Both the position numbers and the translations under genes were made by a program. Under the pieces are notes generated by a model that made no database searches, had not been told where the DNA came from, and worked only from the letters and a program-made list of their open reading frames with translations. Below, one piece after another: positions 48,769 to 62,843 of a stretch of 64,000 bases of DNA. Origin of the DNA: Apostichopus japonicus (lineage: Eukaryota); NCBI RefSeq assembly GCF_037975245.1, contig NC_092565.1, forward strand, positions 23,210,063 through 23,274,062. The letters run 5' to 3'. Position 1 is the stretch's first letter; each line of letters opens with the position of its first letter.

Positions 48769-51700
48769 TATAAAAGAAATTGTGCTAAAGAGTCTTTTAG
48801 AAAGACTTGTTTTTAGATTTCCGTAAACAAACTGTATGTTTACTGTGATTTAAACAGACGGACCAACACTTAATTCCAGGAGGTTGTTCTCTTACAATAC
48901 GAAAACAATATCAATTTATATTAAAATTTGTCATTTTCATGCTTTTCATGGTTTGCTCGTTGTTGTTGTTGTTGTTTTTGCTTTTTTACAAAACGACTTC
49001 ATTTTTTTCTCGTGTCTTTAAATATTTATACTGAACTAATTGTTAAAAGATTTAAAATATCATATAAACATCATTTGAAAAAGAGTGGATGAATTGAAAT
49101 TTTGGTAATTGAAGTGAACTGACCCCCCATTTACAAATTTCTTTTAATTTTTGACAATGTGGAATCATATATTTTACTCCTGATCAATGTTATGATATAA
49201 ACATTACCACCATGTTACAGTTTAGGCGGTTATGCCTACTTGTAGGTACGGTTGTTTCATTACTCAAATTTCATTGTATTCTGTTGCACATTATTATAAT
49301 TGTAATGTTCTTTTTTACCGTTTGTATAACGCACCAAAATATTCTTGAACTTGTCTTATTTTTTTTTCATTTCTCTCTCTATAAGGTTATTATAGACAAT
49401 GGGCACAATCGGAGACAATGGATTTCACAAATCTACAGGTTCATTCGTATAACTACATTCGTTCAATACACTAAATTTCTTGGAAGAAACCCATTGTTAT
49501 AATATTGTTATAATATTATAGACTCATCTCACGGGAATGAGTCTATGCAATGGGTGACCGTACTATACTACTAACTACTCACGCGCGTGACTCATTTCTA
49601 TGTCAAAAAGTGACCCTACATCGGTCAACAGACGCCCATCCTACACCTGTGGTTAAGGTACTGACATCTTTTCGCCACGGGTAGGTCAAGTTGAGGAATA
49701 GTAGTTATACATACACAGCAACCTGCTGTTGCAATAGTCTATAGCAAGCTATATCTATCTTCGTTATTATAGTGTGACAATAAATGTATTCACACGGACC
49801 AATGTAAACCCGAAGCAGAAAATACAAAAATTGTATGCGCTGTTTCAATACTCATAGATTGACATGTTCAAACCATATTCATTCCTTTAGGTCAGTAATT
49901 TGTAATCAGTCTAAAAATATTAATCTGATAACATATTTGTGGTAAATACGTAGCTTAATATTTGAAATTAAAATATAGTATGTATTTATCTACAAACTGG
50001 GGGAATGAACAATGTTTCAGTCAGGGCAAGCTAGATCAGTTTAACAATTGACAAATTTACCACAATAAATTGTGTTATAACTTCATTGTTATTAATATTG
50101 TTGTTATAACTTCATACTTGTTTTTTTTTCCGCGATGGCAAACATAAATCAGATTCAATTATACGGAGTAATTTGAACAATGAAGACATTGCCTAATATG
50201 ACAATAGGAAATATTATAAATACACGCAAATAATAACCATGCAATAATTTCAAAGTGATAATTAATTAATTAATGGGTTAGCCTGTAGATGAACCTAGGA
50301 ATACAGTAATCTTACAAAGCCTAACTGTCTATTTTTATAAGCACGTAATCAGTTTATAGTAGAGTTATCCTTCATTTGGTTTTTTACTATTTGCTTATCC
50401 AATTTTCAATAAAATTGTGCTTAGTTCTTTCCGGAATATAGGACAAAAAAATGAAACATCTATAATTCTATATAACTACTGACTAAACAATGTTTTATGC
50501 TCCGTCGTTCATTGACTATATATGTAGTGAAGTATAATCTAATTGATGTACAAAAATATATATCAAAACTTAACAATTATTCGCAAGTTACAGATACGGA
50601 GTATATTTTTTCAAATGAAATTCATATATTGTATTCTCATTAATCATTGATCAAATTAGTATTGTTTAGATTGTAAGCGAATTGTATTGTGACATTGTGT
50701 AAACGAATTGATCAGTTTTTAGTTTATAAGTATACCGTAATCAACGGTAAAGGTTTACATCATTCATGTACTTATTTGTCAGGGGAGTTGTTCCCTAACA
50801 ACTTTACATTTATGGACTAAGTAAGCATTATGTATCTTCTACTTTGTATAGGTACCGACTTCAAACGATTTAAAATATATAGTGTTGAAACTAAACCTTA
50901 ACACAGAGTTTGAGTTATTCCATCCATGAAGCTATACAATGAACCCCTGTCTTAATTTATAGTCGCATTGTTTTCTTATTTTGTTTTGTTTAATCACGCT
51001 AATTTGATTTGATTTGATTTTCTAGTTTTTCTATTGTTCCTTTTTGAATTATTAGTATTAGTAGCTTACAGTTCAAAGGAATACCATAAACTAAAGGCTC
51101 TACGTGTTCATGGTATATAAATGCGCAAGGTAAAATTCCTCTGTAAAGCTATATGAATAACATCATGTTTAATAAGTAATATAATTTGCTGGTATAACAG
51201 AAAACTGTTTTGCTGGTATAACAGAAAATTGTTTTTTATGTTAAATGTCATTTTACGTTACTCAAATATTTAATGCTAGGAGAGTATTTTAAACTTCAAG
51301 CCCTCGCGTTTGCATAGTAGTACAGCAAAGGCATTGAAAGGAAGAAGTCAATTTCTCAAATTAACTATAGACTACAAAAAAATATGTATATATAGGCGTC
51401 TACAAAAATTATCATGAAATTTACCTTAAACTGGCAGTGGTTCCAACATTTCTAGTATTTTTATTAGTATTATTTCAATTTATATAGTTTCAATGGATTT
51501 TCATCCTCAATAATGCAATTATCTGTAGAATATTTGCCTTTTATTCAAACGTTATTGTTTAATTAAAACACTGAATACCCAGTACATATCAATTATTGGT
51601 CTCATAACTCATTACTATTGTTGTTTAATAATTTAGACTGCATGAGACGTATAGGTACACAAATCCATGTATTCAAATGTTTCTTATTTTAAGTTAAGTT

Positions 51701-52453
51701 ACTACAATATTCATTTCATTCTTGGCTCAATTTCTCTATAACATGATGGATTAACACTTATTCGTGTTTTTGCAGGTCAATCTATGGAAATATTAAAACA
51801 TGCTTTTATATATTCAGGGCTATCACAGGCATAAATCAGAAGAAGAATTATGAATCTACAAAATAAGGCTAAATGAAATGATGACCCATTTATTGAATCC
51901 TGATAGAAGGTAATACCAGAAATTTCTCGAATATGCATGTCGGCTTTATACCGGTGATGAGTATCAAAAGAAGAAAATTAATTTCTCGAGATTTGCATAA
52001 TTCTTTCCACTAATCCGTTACTATTTATCTTTATCGAAAGTCCTGTAATTAAAACTAATTTGATATATTTAGGCAAATATGAAATATGGAACATATAGGA
52101 CAATATATATGATGACTTGGTTACTTCCCATTTTCGCGTCGGATTTTATTAAATGCTATGCAATCATTATGAATTTCTTGCGCGATATAACCAAGTTATT
52201 GTTATTTTCTATTAAGTTAAAGATATTTACGAGGAATTCTCTATGGTGATAACTGACTCAGAATTGATCACATCCATTATTAACATTTCGACGGTGTATA
52301 CGTCGGTGTATATAGGGTCTACCGTTGAGGCCAAATTCATGGTATATACAACGCATTTGTCATAACCACATTTACGTCTTCGACGTAATAATTGAAATTT
52401 CAGTTTTTTTTATTTTACGTTCCGTTATATGTGAATCGTTACATTCTTCTTAC

Positions 52454-52823
52454 CTTTTAGCACAGGCGATGATGGCGCAGATCCACGTGACACCATGTCA
52501 AGTGTTTCCTTGGCGTCTCTTTCTAATTTCTCCGTCATCTTCCAGCAACTCGTCAGAATATCGTGATTATCAACCCCGGATGCAGAGAGAGCAACTTCTT
52601 TTCTACCGACATCGTCCGTTGAACAAGTCAGCTGTTTTCTCCTCTTCACGGCACTTTGGATGTCACGAAGTTCTCGTTGTATCACGGTATATGATAATTC
52701 TGTAGTTATTTCACCCTTCGTTACTATTTCATCCGTGTCTCGACATTTACCGAGAATATCATCGATAGAGAACGGGGTGACCCTGGCGTGTCGTATTTGG
52801 TCGTCTTGCTTAGCGGAATCCAT
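52454..52823 (-). CDS. nkx3: NK3-class homeobox gene, exon 1 (start MDSAKQ..., TN/eh1 motif TPFSIDDIL)
   Basis: ATG at 52823-52821 with a strong Kozak context (agtaaaATGg). An upstream ATG at 52859 has a weak context. Exon 1 encodes MDSAKQDDQIRHARVTPFSIDDILGK, i.e. the tinman (TN) motif typical of NK proteins. Donor CTAAAAG|gtaagaag, phase 1. The intron is ~6.3 kb. Confidence 0.75.
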
Positions 52824-54278
52824 TTTACTAATCCTTCCTGAAGTCTCAGTTATACACATATAAAATAGATTTGTGAATGAATCCCTGCAAGATAAGGCAA
52901 CACAATTGCCGTATAGAACTCAACTGCAAAAATAAAAAAGTTCGTGTCTCCTTGTCAGACGCTGAGAGCAAAGTAAACTCTTTCCCCCACTTGTTCGGTA
53001 TAGTTAATCTCTTCTTGTTCAAGCGAATCGTGAAAACTGAAATACCAGTCCAATGTAGATCGTTATGAATGATCGGCTAGAAGAAAAATATAAAAACCCC
53101 AGATGTTTCGTTTGGCTTAAGGTTAATGAGAGAGTTGATAATGCTGCATGGTAGTCTAGTTAAAACAGCGCAAACACCCGTCAATTCTGGATCTTGTAAA
53201 TGTTTTCTTTGGTTATCTTTCAAACCAATTTGATTGACTAGCGAAATAAACTAACTGAAGAACAACCGACCAATCCAAGCTTGAAGATGAAGAACTTTTA
53301 ACTCAAACTCTTTCGACCGTACAATTTTTTCCCCTTTCTTTATTCACATATCCAACCGCAGAAAACTTAGGACTACTCCGCCCCTCTTTTCTCATTTAAG
53401 AAATTCTCCCTGTGGGATAATCACAATTCTCTGAAGTGACAAGATCATGGAAGATTGACAGGTTTAAGTCCAAACCGCTAGCACAGGCTTCTGAAAGGCT
53501 CTATAACCAAACGGTGGGAGGGAGTCTGGGAGAGGTGAAGAAGGCTCCCTATTGGTCGGTACTTGAGATGGGGCTTAACCAGACTCAAACAAAGCCCAGC
53601 GTGTTCCGTGGAGGTTCTTGATGACTCTACACGCAATAATTTGGACCATCAAGTGTGCTCCCCCTCAAGAGTTATTGGGAAGTCAAACAACTGATTCTTT
53701 TCTTTATTAAAAAACTTTCTATCCTTACCTGAAGGCGAAAACTAAGGATTACTAACGGGTTTATTCAATTGTATCTCACGGGAGCTAAGTACGTCAATTT
53801 TATCCTAATTGATAGGTATCAGATACGGAGGGGGGGGGGGTGCTTACCAGATTGGTGATTGATTTCTGTAGAGCCAGTCTTCTTTTTCTACTGCTATGTA
53901 AATTTCTTTATTCATGTGGATGCAGTGTCAATTCGAGATGCTAATTAAGGTTTGGGTGTCATAAAGTAAACAAGAACTGATATGAAAAAAAAGGAAAAAT
54001 TTAGGTCAATAATTTTTGTGAGCTCTTAATGTCAATCATTTTCGACAATAACAATTATAAAAGTTTAAAATGATGAGATAAATGTGACAAAATCATGTTT
54101 GGGTTTGAATAGGTTCAGCGATAAAGGTTGATCAATTGTATTAGAAACAAATGCTAGCCTCATGTTGTTCCACCTAAAAATAAATGACTCCGATTTCTGC
54201 GAGACATATTGCTATTACAAAAAAAAGAGGTATTTTAATGTACACGAAATTATTGATTTCAACGCCCAGCGTGATATA

Positions 54279-54286
54279 TGACGTCA
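54279..54286. promoter_or_regulatory. Perfect CRE palindrome TGACGTCA (1 of 5)
   Basis: Exact 8-mer. See the finding on enrichment. Confidence 0.3.
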
Positions 54287-56450
54287 CTTGTGGAGATCAG
54301 AGATAACTGTCGACCAAGTAAGATCGCTATAGGTGTAATTCACGTATAATTTATATACAAGGAAGCTGTATCGCTGCACGCCGAATTGCACATGCTGCGG
54401 AAGTTATATTATATATAAGTTACATTATTTTGCTTGCTTAATCACTTCGTTGGTAAGCATACGACGCTTTCACATGGATGGGTGGGGTGCTTCTCCCTTG
54501 TGAAAACTGAGGAGTTTTCAGGTATTGGAAATACGTTATATGCATACCAATAGAGTCGCTATTACAACATCACAACGGTTCCCCAACACGACCTATATAC
54601 AAAAACCTAATAAACGTAGCATATCTTAGCCAGGCCTGAGGAGAGGGGGTGGGGGTCAGCCTGAGGACCACACGTCACGGGGCCCGGTGTCAATTAAAGG
54701 CCCGGGAAATATCGGATAAAATATAATGTATTGTCATTTTCATATTATGAATATTTTGATGTTTAATAAGCTGATCAATATACAGTGACTCGAAGAACAG
54801 TTTACCATTTGGAATTGTTTACGTTATTAATTAAGTAAGAAATGTACACAGTATACTTTGGCAATTTTACTATTCTAGAAAGAAAATTATGGTGCTAACC
54901 GATTAAGTAAATATTACTTTAAATTTCAAAACAAACATTGTCACTTGTCATAGACCTATCACATTGCCGTAGCAGGTGCATCTATCGCCAACGCTAATTT
55001 GCATATAACTTAGTATCCCGACTGAAACTGTTTTTTATTTTATTTATTATTATTATTAAATTATTATAATTATTAATCAACCTTTTAAGAGAGAATCAGA
55101 CCTAATTAATAGAGAGTGGTATATAGAACACTGTACCCGTAATTGAAAGGTCATCGATATTGACCTCAAATATGCTAGAACGTCATAAAATGGTCACCCA
55201 TGCTCAACTTTTATAAAGCATTTTACTGTCACTGTAAACGTATACAGTTACCCACACTGATGTATTTAATTGTCTATTCTAACGGTACTCAATGTTTGGG
55301 AATAATATTGAGAATCATATCAAGTCACTAGAAAAGTTCTTTTTGAAAACTTGTAGCAATTTTTAGCGAGTTAAAATTGACCTTTCAGTGAATGCAATTG
55401 TTGGAAAGGAAATATTTGTTTTATTAAGCGCAACCAATTGCTGTAAATAGCATATTTTGTGCCTAGTGTAGTTTTCAGTCCTTTTACACATAAAACATGA
55501 CGAATAAAATGTTCAAAATATAACTTCCTTTTTTCATCCAAAAGTGTAATGCGCCGCGTTAACATTATTGTATTTAATGCAAGATGAGATAAATTCATCG
55601 ATTCTGAAAATTTTCTTAAATCAAAGACACTTTTGGGGGGCATTTCCGTAAAATCTACAACACCGTTAAATGGCTATTCATATGGCACACGACAATGTGA
55701 CACTTATATGGAAAAGAAAAATATTATACTTTATTAGTTGAAAGTCTCATCTCAATTTCATGTTCCTAAACATAGATATGGTTGTTTAAATGTAAACCAT
55801 ATCATTATTCTTCATTAATGTATATAAATGATTCGTCCATTATATAAAGAAATAAAAAGAGATTTCGGCTAAATTGACACGATGACATGCACTAACTCAG
55901 TTCAGTGTTGTCAGAAGCATTCATAATATTACAGCAAAATGGAATAAATTTATATATCTACAAAGATGAAGAAAAGTTTCAGCAGTTTTGTTGAACGAGG
56001 AACTTCGGCCACAATCGGATCAGCTTTCCGCTGCGTTTGGTCGACATTTGAACCAAACCTATAAGTAAACTAATGTTACTCAAAGGGTGGGAAAAAAAGA
56101 TATATTAAAATCTCCTCCTAGATTTCATACAATATGAAGGTTGGTCACTGACACTATGTAATTAAGTTCTTCCATTCGGTTCTCAACATTTTGTCGCCCA
56201 GACTCTTCCTGATATTTTATATTAATGCCAAAACAAACTTTTGTAACTGTTCTTCCTTATTTGAAATGAAAGTTACTTATAGCCAAGCTAAATGGTGGCT
56301 GGATTTTAAATTTAATGTCGAATTTCAACGAATGTTAAAACAATTCGAACAGATGGCTTTAATGTACAAATTACAACAAATAACAAACTGTAGTACAGAA
56401 GCATAAGTATGCGGCTATATCAAATTAACGATACTGCATGGCACTTATAA

Positions 56451-56576
<126 letters not shown>

Positions 56577-57867
56577 AATCAAATCTCTCTGTTTGTTTAC
56601 GACCGTTAGGCCTAGGACTACTTTCACTTTCTTGGCTAACCTGTCTAGGTCCCTTCTCTTGAATAGTATCTTTCTCTCGGTCTTACCGATGTAGCTTGCG
56701 AAAGTGTGTCATTTCCTTCCATTGCAATGAATAAAGAGGTGTTTTCATACTTTTCCTCAGTGGAATTGTAAAAAGTGGACGATACGAGTATATGACTGCG
56801 TTAAAATCTTGATCGGGCCGCATGTGTAGACTACTTTGTTTACATTTGTGTAATGAACATACTGACATGGGTGGTCACAGTGATTTTACGGTAAATTTTT
56901 CGCGCCATAAGGGCAATAGAAAATAAATTTCTTTCTTTCGATTGCGACAGCTTTTCTCCATTAAACCCACCTGGTCAGAGTGCATTTAGAATAAGAAACA
57001 TTGAATCTACTTCGGAAGTTTGTTTTCCGAAATTCATCAGCAAACAGGTATTGAGACTTTAACATCATACACTTCAGATTAAAATGTATATATATAGACG
57101 AATCGAATAAGGAGATACGCAAAACTTACTGACTGGTTTTATCTGTGTACATCTGTTATGAAGTTTTTACTGTCCTTGCGGTAAACGAATGTTTAATTAA
57201 GCAGGACAGATTAGCGCGTCCGTAAAACAAAAATAGCTTTCATCGAATTAATTTAAGCCAATGCACTCTAATTAATTTAATCGTAGAAGAGATAACAAGC
57301 GAAGATAAAGAAATTGCGTCTTCATGTAAGGCCTACTATATTTAGTGAAACAATGCCGGTGAGCAGGCGAGCTGACGATACTATTGATGGTACATTGGTT
57401 GGGGGAGGGGTGGGGAGGGGGATGTGTCAAGTAGCACCTGGCTCGTCTATTGTGATAGGAATCGGATACAGTGTGTACAACATATCAAGTAGGAGTCATA
57501 GCTTACAGTTTTTATGTGTGTGTAAATATATATGTGTGTGTGTGTGTGTGTTTATGTATGCTTGTGATAAACATATATATAAAATATTACATTTTCTTCA
57601 CCCTTTTTTTGGATGAGGGCATTGCGCAATAAAGGCTATGATGTCACTCATCGACAACGCCAACAGCTTGGTTTTGTCTTCTTTTTTTTTAAATTGAAAT
57701 GATAAGGCTATATTTGAACATTGGACAATAATTCAGTGGTGTGACGGGATGTTAGTTTATTGTTGGTAATGTGTTAATAAGTGCCTTCATCACAACTAAA
57801 CAGTATAATATCAATTATGAAGATACATCGGTGCAAAATAATGACAATTTGTTGCGATGTCCATGTG

Positions 57868-57875
57868 TGACGTCA
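57868..57875. promoter_or_regulatory. Perfect CRE palindrome TGACGTCA (2 of 5)
   Basis: Exact 8-mer. Confidence 0.3.
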
Positions 57876-58677
57876 CAAGTTATTGCGCATGCAATATAAT
57901 TATCTGAATAAAATGAATAAATTTCAAATTTTTACATCTCAGAAAACGAAACGAGCTACCACTATGAGATTTGGACCAATGTATTTCGTTTAACTTGCTC
58001 GATGATATATAATTTTGATTTTTTTTTTATAGTTTTGCCGTTATAGCCAATGCTGCATTTATTGTTAATTTGTGGATGTTGACTAACTTGGCATCTTTTG
58101 TTCATTCAAAGTGTAGCAGGTTTCTTCATAATGTTAAGGTGGAGGGGGGGGGGGGCGTAGTTATTTTAAGATGGCGCGAGTCCTTTACGGTTGCTGAGTC
58201 CATGCATGTATTAATAATATAGCCCTCTAGTATACAATTCGGAGCAATCACTTACTTTCTGAAATTAAAGTAAAATAAATTAAAATACACAATGGAACAA
58301 AATTCAAGAATTAAATCTCGAGATGTAAAATAAGACACGTCTAAAAATTATTCGGGTCTACTTAGTTGATTCGACTACAAACAGTTATTGTCGACGTTTA
58401 CTTAAAAGTTAATCATCCGTTTATGACGCTGGTGACCTTACACCTCCAGTTTCTCCCCTCCCCCTCCACCCACACCCCTCCTGCCACCCACCCCTCTTAT
58501 CAAGTAACGTCTATATAGGCTACATACTACGATGGTCGTAAACTATAATTACATTTCCATCAAAATAAATAAAATAATAATAAACCTTTAATTCCATACA
58601 TGCAAACGTTTTGTTTTATTAATACAAGACATCCATCATTACCTACACACAGGATTCCGAAACCGTTTTGCCGATGT

Positions 58678-58685
58678 TGACGTCA
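58678..58685. promoter_or_regulatory. Perfect CRE palindrome TGACGTCA (3 of 5), within the longer palindrome TTGACGTCATCAA
   Basis: Exact 8-mer. Confidence 0.3.
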
Positions 58686-60294
58686 TCAACGATTTCTGAA
58701 TGGCAGGTTTTGATTTGACAGTAGACACGTGATCATACCATCTGTTTGTCTAGCAGACGACAGCCATCCAGACTACACTTTATTCACATGCTGTGAGGCT
58801 TATATCAAGGGGGTCTCTCTACTGAGATGAAGATATACTCACGGGTTGATATTCGGCGCCGACCATCAAATAGAAAGGTTTCATTCTTTTAAAGAAAATC
58901 CTACATGCATAGGCGGCTATTTTTAAAAATCTGATCATTTTTGTTGTTTTTTTGATATACATGTCTGTTAATGAGGATTCAAAACAACGTCATTCAGCAT
59001 TAAATTTCTCCACAAAGTCCATCTTTTTGGTGTCAAATTCTACCCAGTAGACGCCAGAGTGATGTTTGTCTTTACAGAATTTGTTATAACAGATATCATA
59101 AAATTTTACTATGTAAGATTGTTGGCGGATGAAGACCGGGGTCTTATTTGAGACGAAACGGCGGAAAACAACAGGAACGGGGAACAAAAGTTAACCCCAA
59201 AGAGAACAACAAGTAGACTATGATTAGTCATCAGGCTTTAATGGATCAGTTGCCATTGTGTGTTTGTCTGTCTGTATGTCTGTCTGTCTGTCAGTTTGTT
59301 GAACAGTAAGATCATATACTAAATATTGTACAATATTAAAGAGTCTAATGTTAACTAACCCAGGCCAGATATGAACAAATGGAACATTGTAGACCAATAG
59401 TGTATTGCTAACATCAATTGCTGATTGGACCACTCCATGGCATGTGCGTCGGCGCCAAGGGACTGGTGCCCATATCATCACCCCAAGTGTACTTCACGGT
59501 AAGTAACGTCCAGCCTTGTAAACTAACATTTTGTTATTTTAACGAGAAGTAATAAATATTACTGCTTTCTCAGCATCAGCTAGTTGGTGCCCTCTTATGA
59601 AAACTGCAGGGTTTCCAGGGCCCAGTACCCCGGTCCAATATTACTCCTGGGATATTTCACTGTACTATTTGCAGAGACTCTATAGGCGGCCCTTTCAAAA
59701 TCTCAAGGAAGGCTTCAAAGCTCTCGTGCCATTTCATATTTTGGTGGCGACACTTTATCTAGAATATTTTGTTTCTCTGATATCATATTGAATGATGGCA
59801 TATTGATTTTCTATTTCCTATATATTAACTGGTGCTGCACAGTCAACTGGAAAGAAATTAAAACTATATGTATATATAGGAACTATATGTATATATAAAT
59901 CTTTTATTTCGGTGCATTTACTTATTTACCTTTTTTATTTTCTCGACGACTGGCTTATGGTTAGTTGTATGTTTATTTATACTGTGTATAGACATCGCAG
60001 TTATATATGACCATAGGGTAAAGGGTTTTCCGGGATTACCAATATATTTTGTACCTTTGCCTATCCATTTCCAATTCCGACAAATCAGCGAATGATTGGC
60101 TTGAAAAGTTTTGCGTAAATAGTTAAGTTTTTGACCTACGCGAAGTTCACCTACGGTGGTTCTACGTCAATCAAGTGTATGTCCTCTACCACATGGGTCC
60201 CGATGATTTGCTAACTTCTATACAAACGTCTTCAAATTCTACCACTTTCAGCTGAAAGATCGCTAAAGATTGTCAATAATATATTCATATAATC

Positions 60295-60302
60295 TGACGT
60301 CA
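60295..60302. promoter_or_regulatory. Perfect CRE palindrome TGACGTCA (4 of 5), with a half-site TACGTCAC 35 bp downstream
   Basis: Exact 8-mer. Confidence 0.3.
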
Positions 60303-62835
60303 TTTGATTGGCTTGTTACGTACCAACTACGTCACCTTTACCATACCGTCTATGTCATTGAGCACAGAACAGTGCGATGGGATAATTATTTACAAATTAA
60401 AGACATGACATTTTGGAAATATCAAAAGACGATATTTTTTTTATGATTAAAATAAAAATGTTTCTATTAAAATGGTTACATTCCACCAACGGGCGGTGGA
60501 GACGTTTGTCTTTACTTAGTAGGGAGTCGCCGCATATCGCTGTTCATTTAGGATATGTTGATTGACATTATAACTATCTACACAACATAAGTAACATTCT
60601 CACGGAAAGCTTTAACCTTGATTTTTGATGTTGAAGCATAAAATAAGAGATCGGAAATATTGTAACATAAACTGACTGTTATAGCTAGAAAATGGGGCGG
60701 TTGGATAAAAGTAAAACACAAAGAAGAGTGTTCCAGTATATGTAAGATATCTGAGTAGTAGAGGTCACATTAAACTTATATCCAGGCCTTATAGGTCCGT
60801 AGTTCGGTACGTTATTATCCGATGGTCTTATGACATCCAAAAGATGATATTTGATGGTAATCCGTCTGATTAGTAAGAAAGACAAAGAAAGAGGTCACAA
60901 CTAATTATATGCATGGTATATTAAAAGTCAATTTTCTTAGAGAAGGTCTTGAGAAATTGTACTTAAACACTGACAGCGTACCAAAAATTGAAACTCCATG
61001 TATATATCTTTTACAACTTATTAATGCATCATAAATAAGGACTGAAAAAAAAAATAGTATTCTGTTTGTTTTTCCTTATATGTTTCGCTTTTTCGTTGTT
61101 TTTATTTTTTATCGTATTTATTTATATATATCAAATGACACGCTATGGAGGTGTAAGCCATAGTCCTATACAACCTCCAGTTTTAACTTCAGACTTTTTT
61201 GAACTTCTTTGAACGTTTTATGAACGTTTGAACGTTTTTGAAAAGTATACTTCATAGGTGGTTCTCGCCCTCCAAACTATTCACAAATAATATATTGAGG
61301 AATAGTGTTAAATTGGACAAAATGTGTCTTAGACGAGTTAAGTGTAAAGATGGTGGGAAGAAGGGAGGGGGGGTGAGATGGTGGGAAGAAGGGGTGGCGG
61401 TGGGATGGAGGGGGTTAAGTTGCTACTATACGTATTTACGTGAACGACCATTATTTGATTTTCTTACTTTTCTTGCGGGCCGTGGGGGGGGGGGGGGTGT
61501 TGAGGGTACTTCAAATATTCCCCCTCAAAGCTAATACATCAGGCCTCATCAGCAGGGAAATCTCTCGTCATCTTCATAACAAGGTACAGGCGTTAAATAT
61601 TACCACCTTATTATTTGTGCGAAGGTACATTATTCCTACTTTTTTCTCTCACTTTTCAGTTCTATTTACCAGCTGGTATTTATACATGTGTATAATAAAA
61701 CTAAAGGAGGAAAATATCAAACTCTAACTTCCTCACAGATTTGACGTTTATATCTGAGTAAACAATGCGGTAAAACCTTAGAAAAATGTCAATTTAACAT
61801 TCAGATATCAGATAAAACGGAAATAGCAGGTTTCTCAGTTTCAACGATCACCGTGGGTGGTGTAAAAATATCCTGTTATCGATATATGAAGGAATTATTA
61901 AAAAATATCTCACACATAATAACAACCAGCGAGTGGCCATGCATCTATGGGACTGCTGCATCACGGTGATTAACCCTTACGAGTTTAACGATCACACTTA
62001 CCCAATATGAGCAAGAAGGACTTATGCACGCACGGTTAGGGCTGGCGAGAGGGGGTCGGGAAGGGGGGGGCAGGTTAACGTAGTCAATTTAAGGGGGAGG
62101 CTCGGGGAAGTATGAGATAGAGAATAATGTATTCTCATATTCTAAATACACTCTAAGAACAGTAGCGACTTTGAAAAGGGCCCGGTGATAACTGTTCCCG
62201 GGGCCCAACGTGGCGTTCGACGCCCGTGTGTATTGTGTGGACAGGGGCCTCGGAAAGTCGATGGCAAATGAGGAGGGGGGGTGGGGGTAACTTGATAATG
62301 ATATCGGAAATCCAAGGTCGTCACAATAGAGTGAACAATGAAACATAACAAGCCTTTTTGTAATCAGTGTGCAACTATGACGCCATACCTGGTTTGCTTC
62401 AAGTTCACGTTTGGTACAAACTCTGATAATTTCAGCCAAAATCTTTCCGTATAGGAATCATTTGGATGCAGAATTACATCATCTGGGTGATTATTGATTT
62501 GAGTATGTTCCTCTTTCATCAGTCAAATATAGATTTACCACTGGACTATCCCTTTAATCTACTGTGTACTAAATTCGTCTTCCATCCACTTTGACCAATA
62601 AATATAAAACATTAGAGTTGCAGCAGTGATGGGAAGTTACGAGCTTATACCGTGACGGTCCGGCAGGCTATCAATCTTGAGAATTAGGGATTGCTAGTTT
62701 CTTATTGTGTGTATAAACAATGCCAATGTTCTGTTTCTCTGATCGGAACCATATCCTGACTCTGGGCATGTTTTTTTAATTTTATTTTTAAGGACGTTTG
62801 ACGTAATTTCATGTCTATGACAGCAACCTAGTGGG

Positions 62836-62843
62836 TGACGTCA
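62836..62843. promoter_or_regulatory. Perfect CRE palindrome TGACGTCA (5 of 5)
   Basis: Exact 8-mer. Confidence 0.3.

Noticed and set aside
52824-52859. Upstream ATG (MCITETSGRISK) extending the nkx3 ORF by 12 codons
   Set aside because: Weak Kozak context (T at -3). The second ATG has A at -3 and G at +4, and puts the TN motif at the usual distance from the N-terminus.
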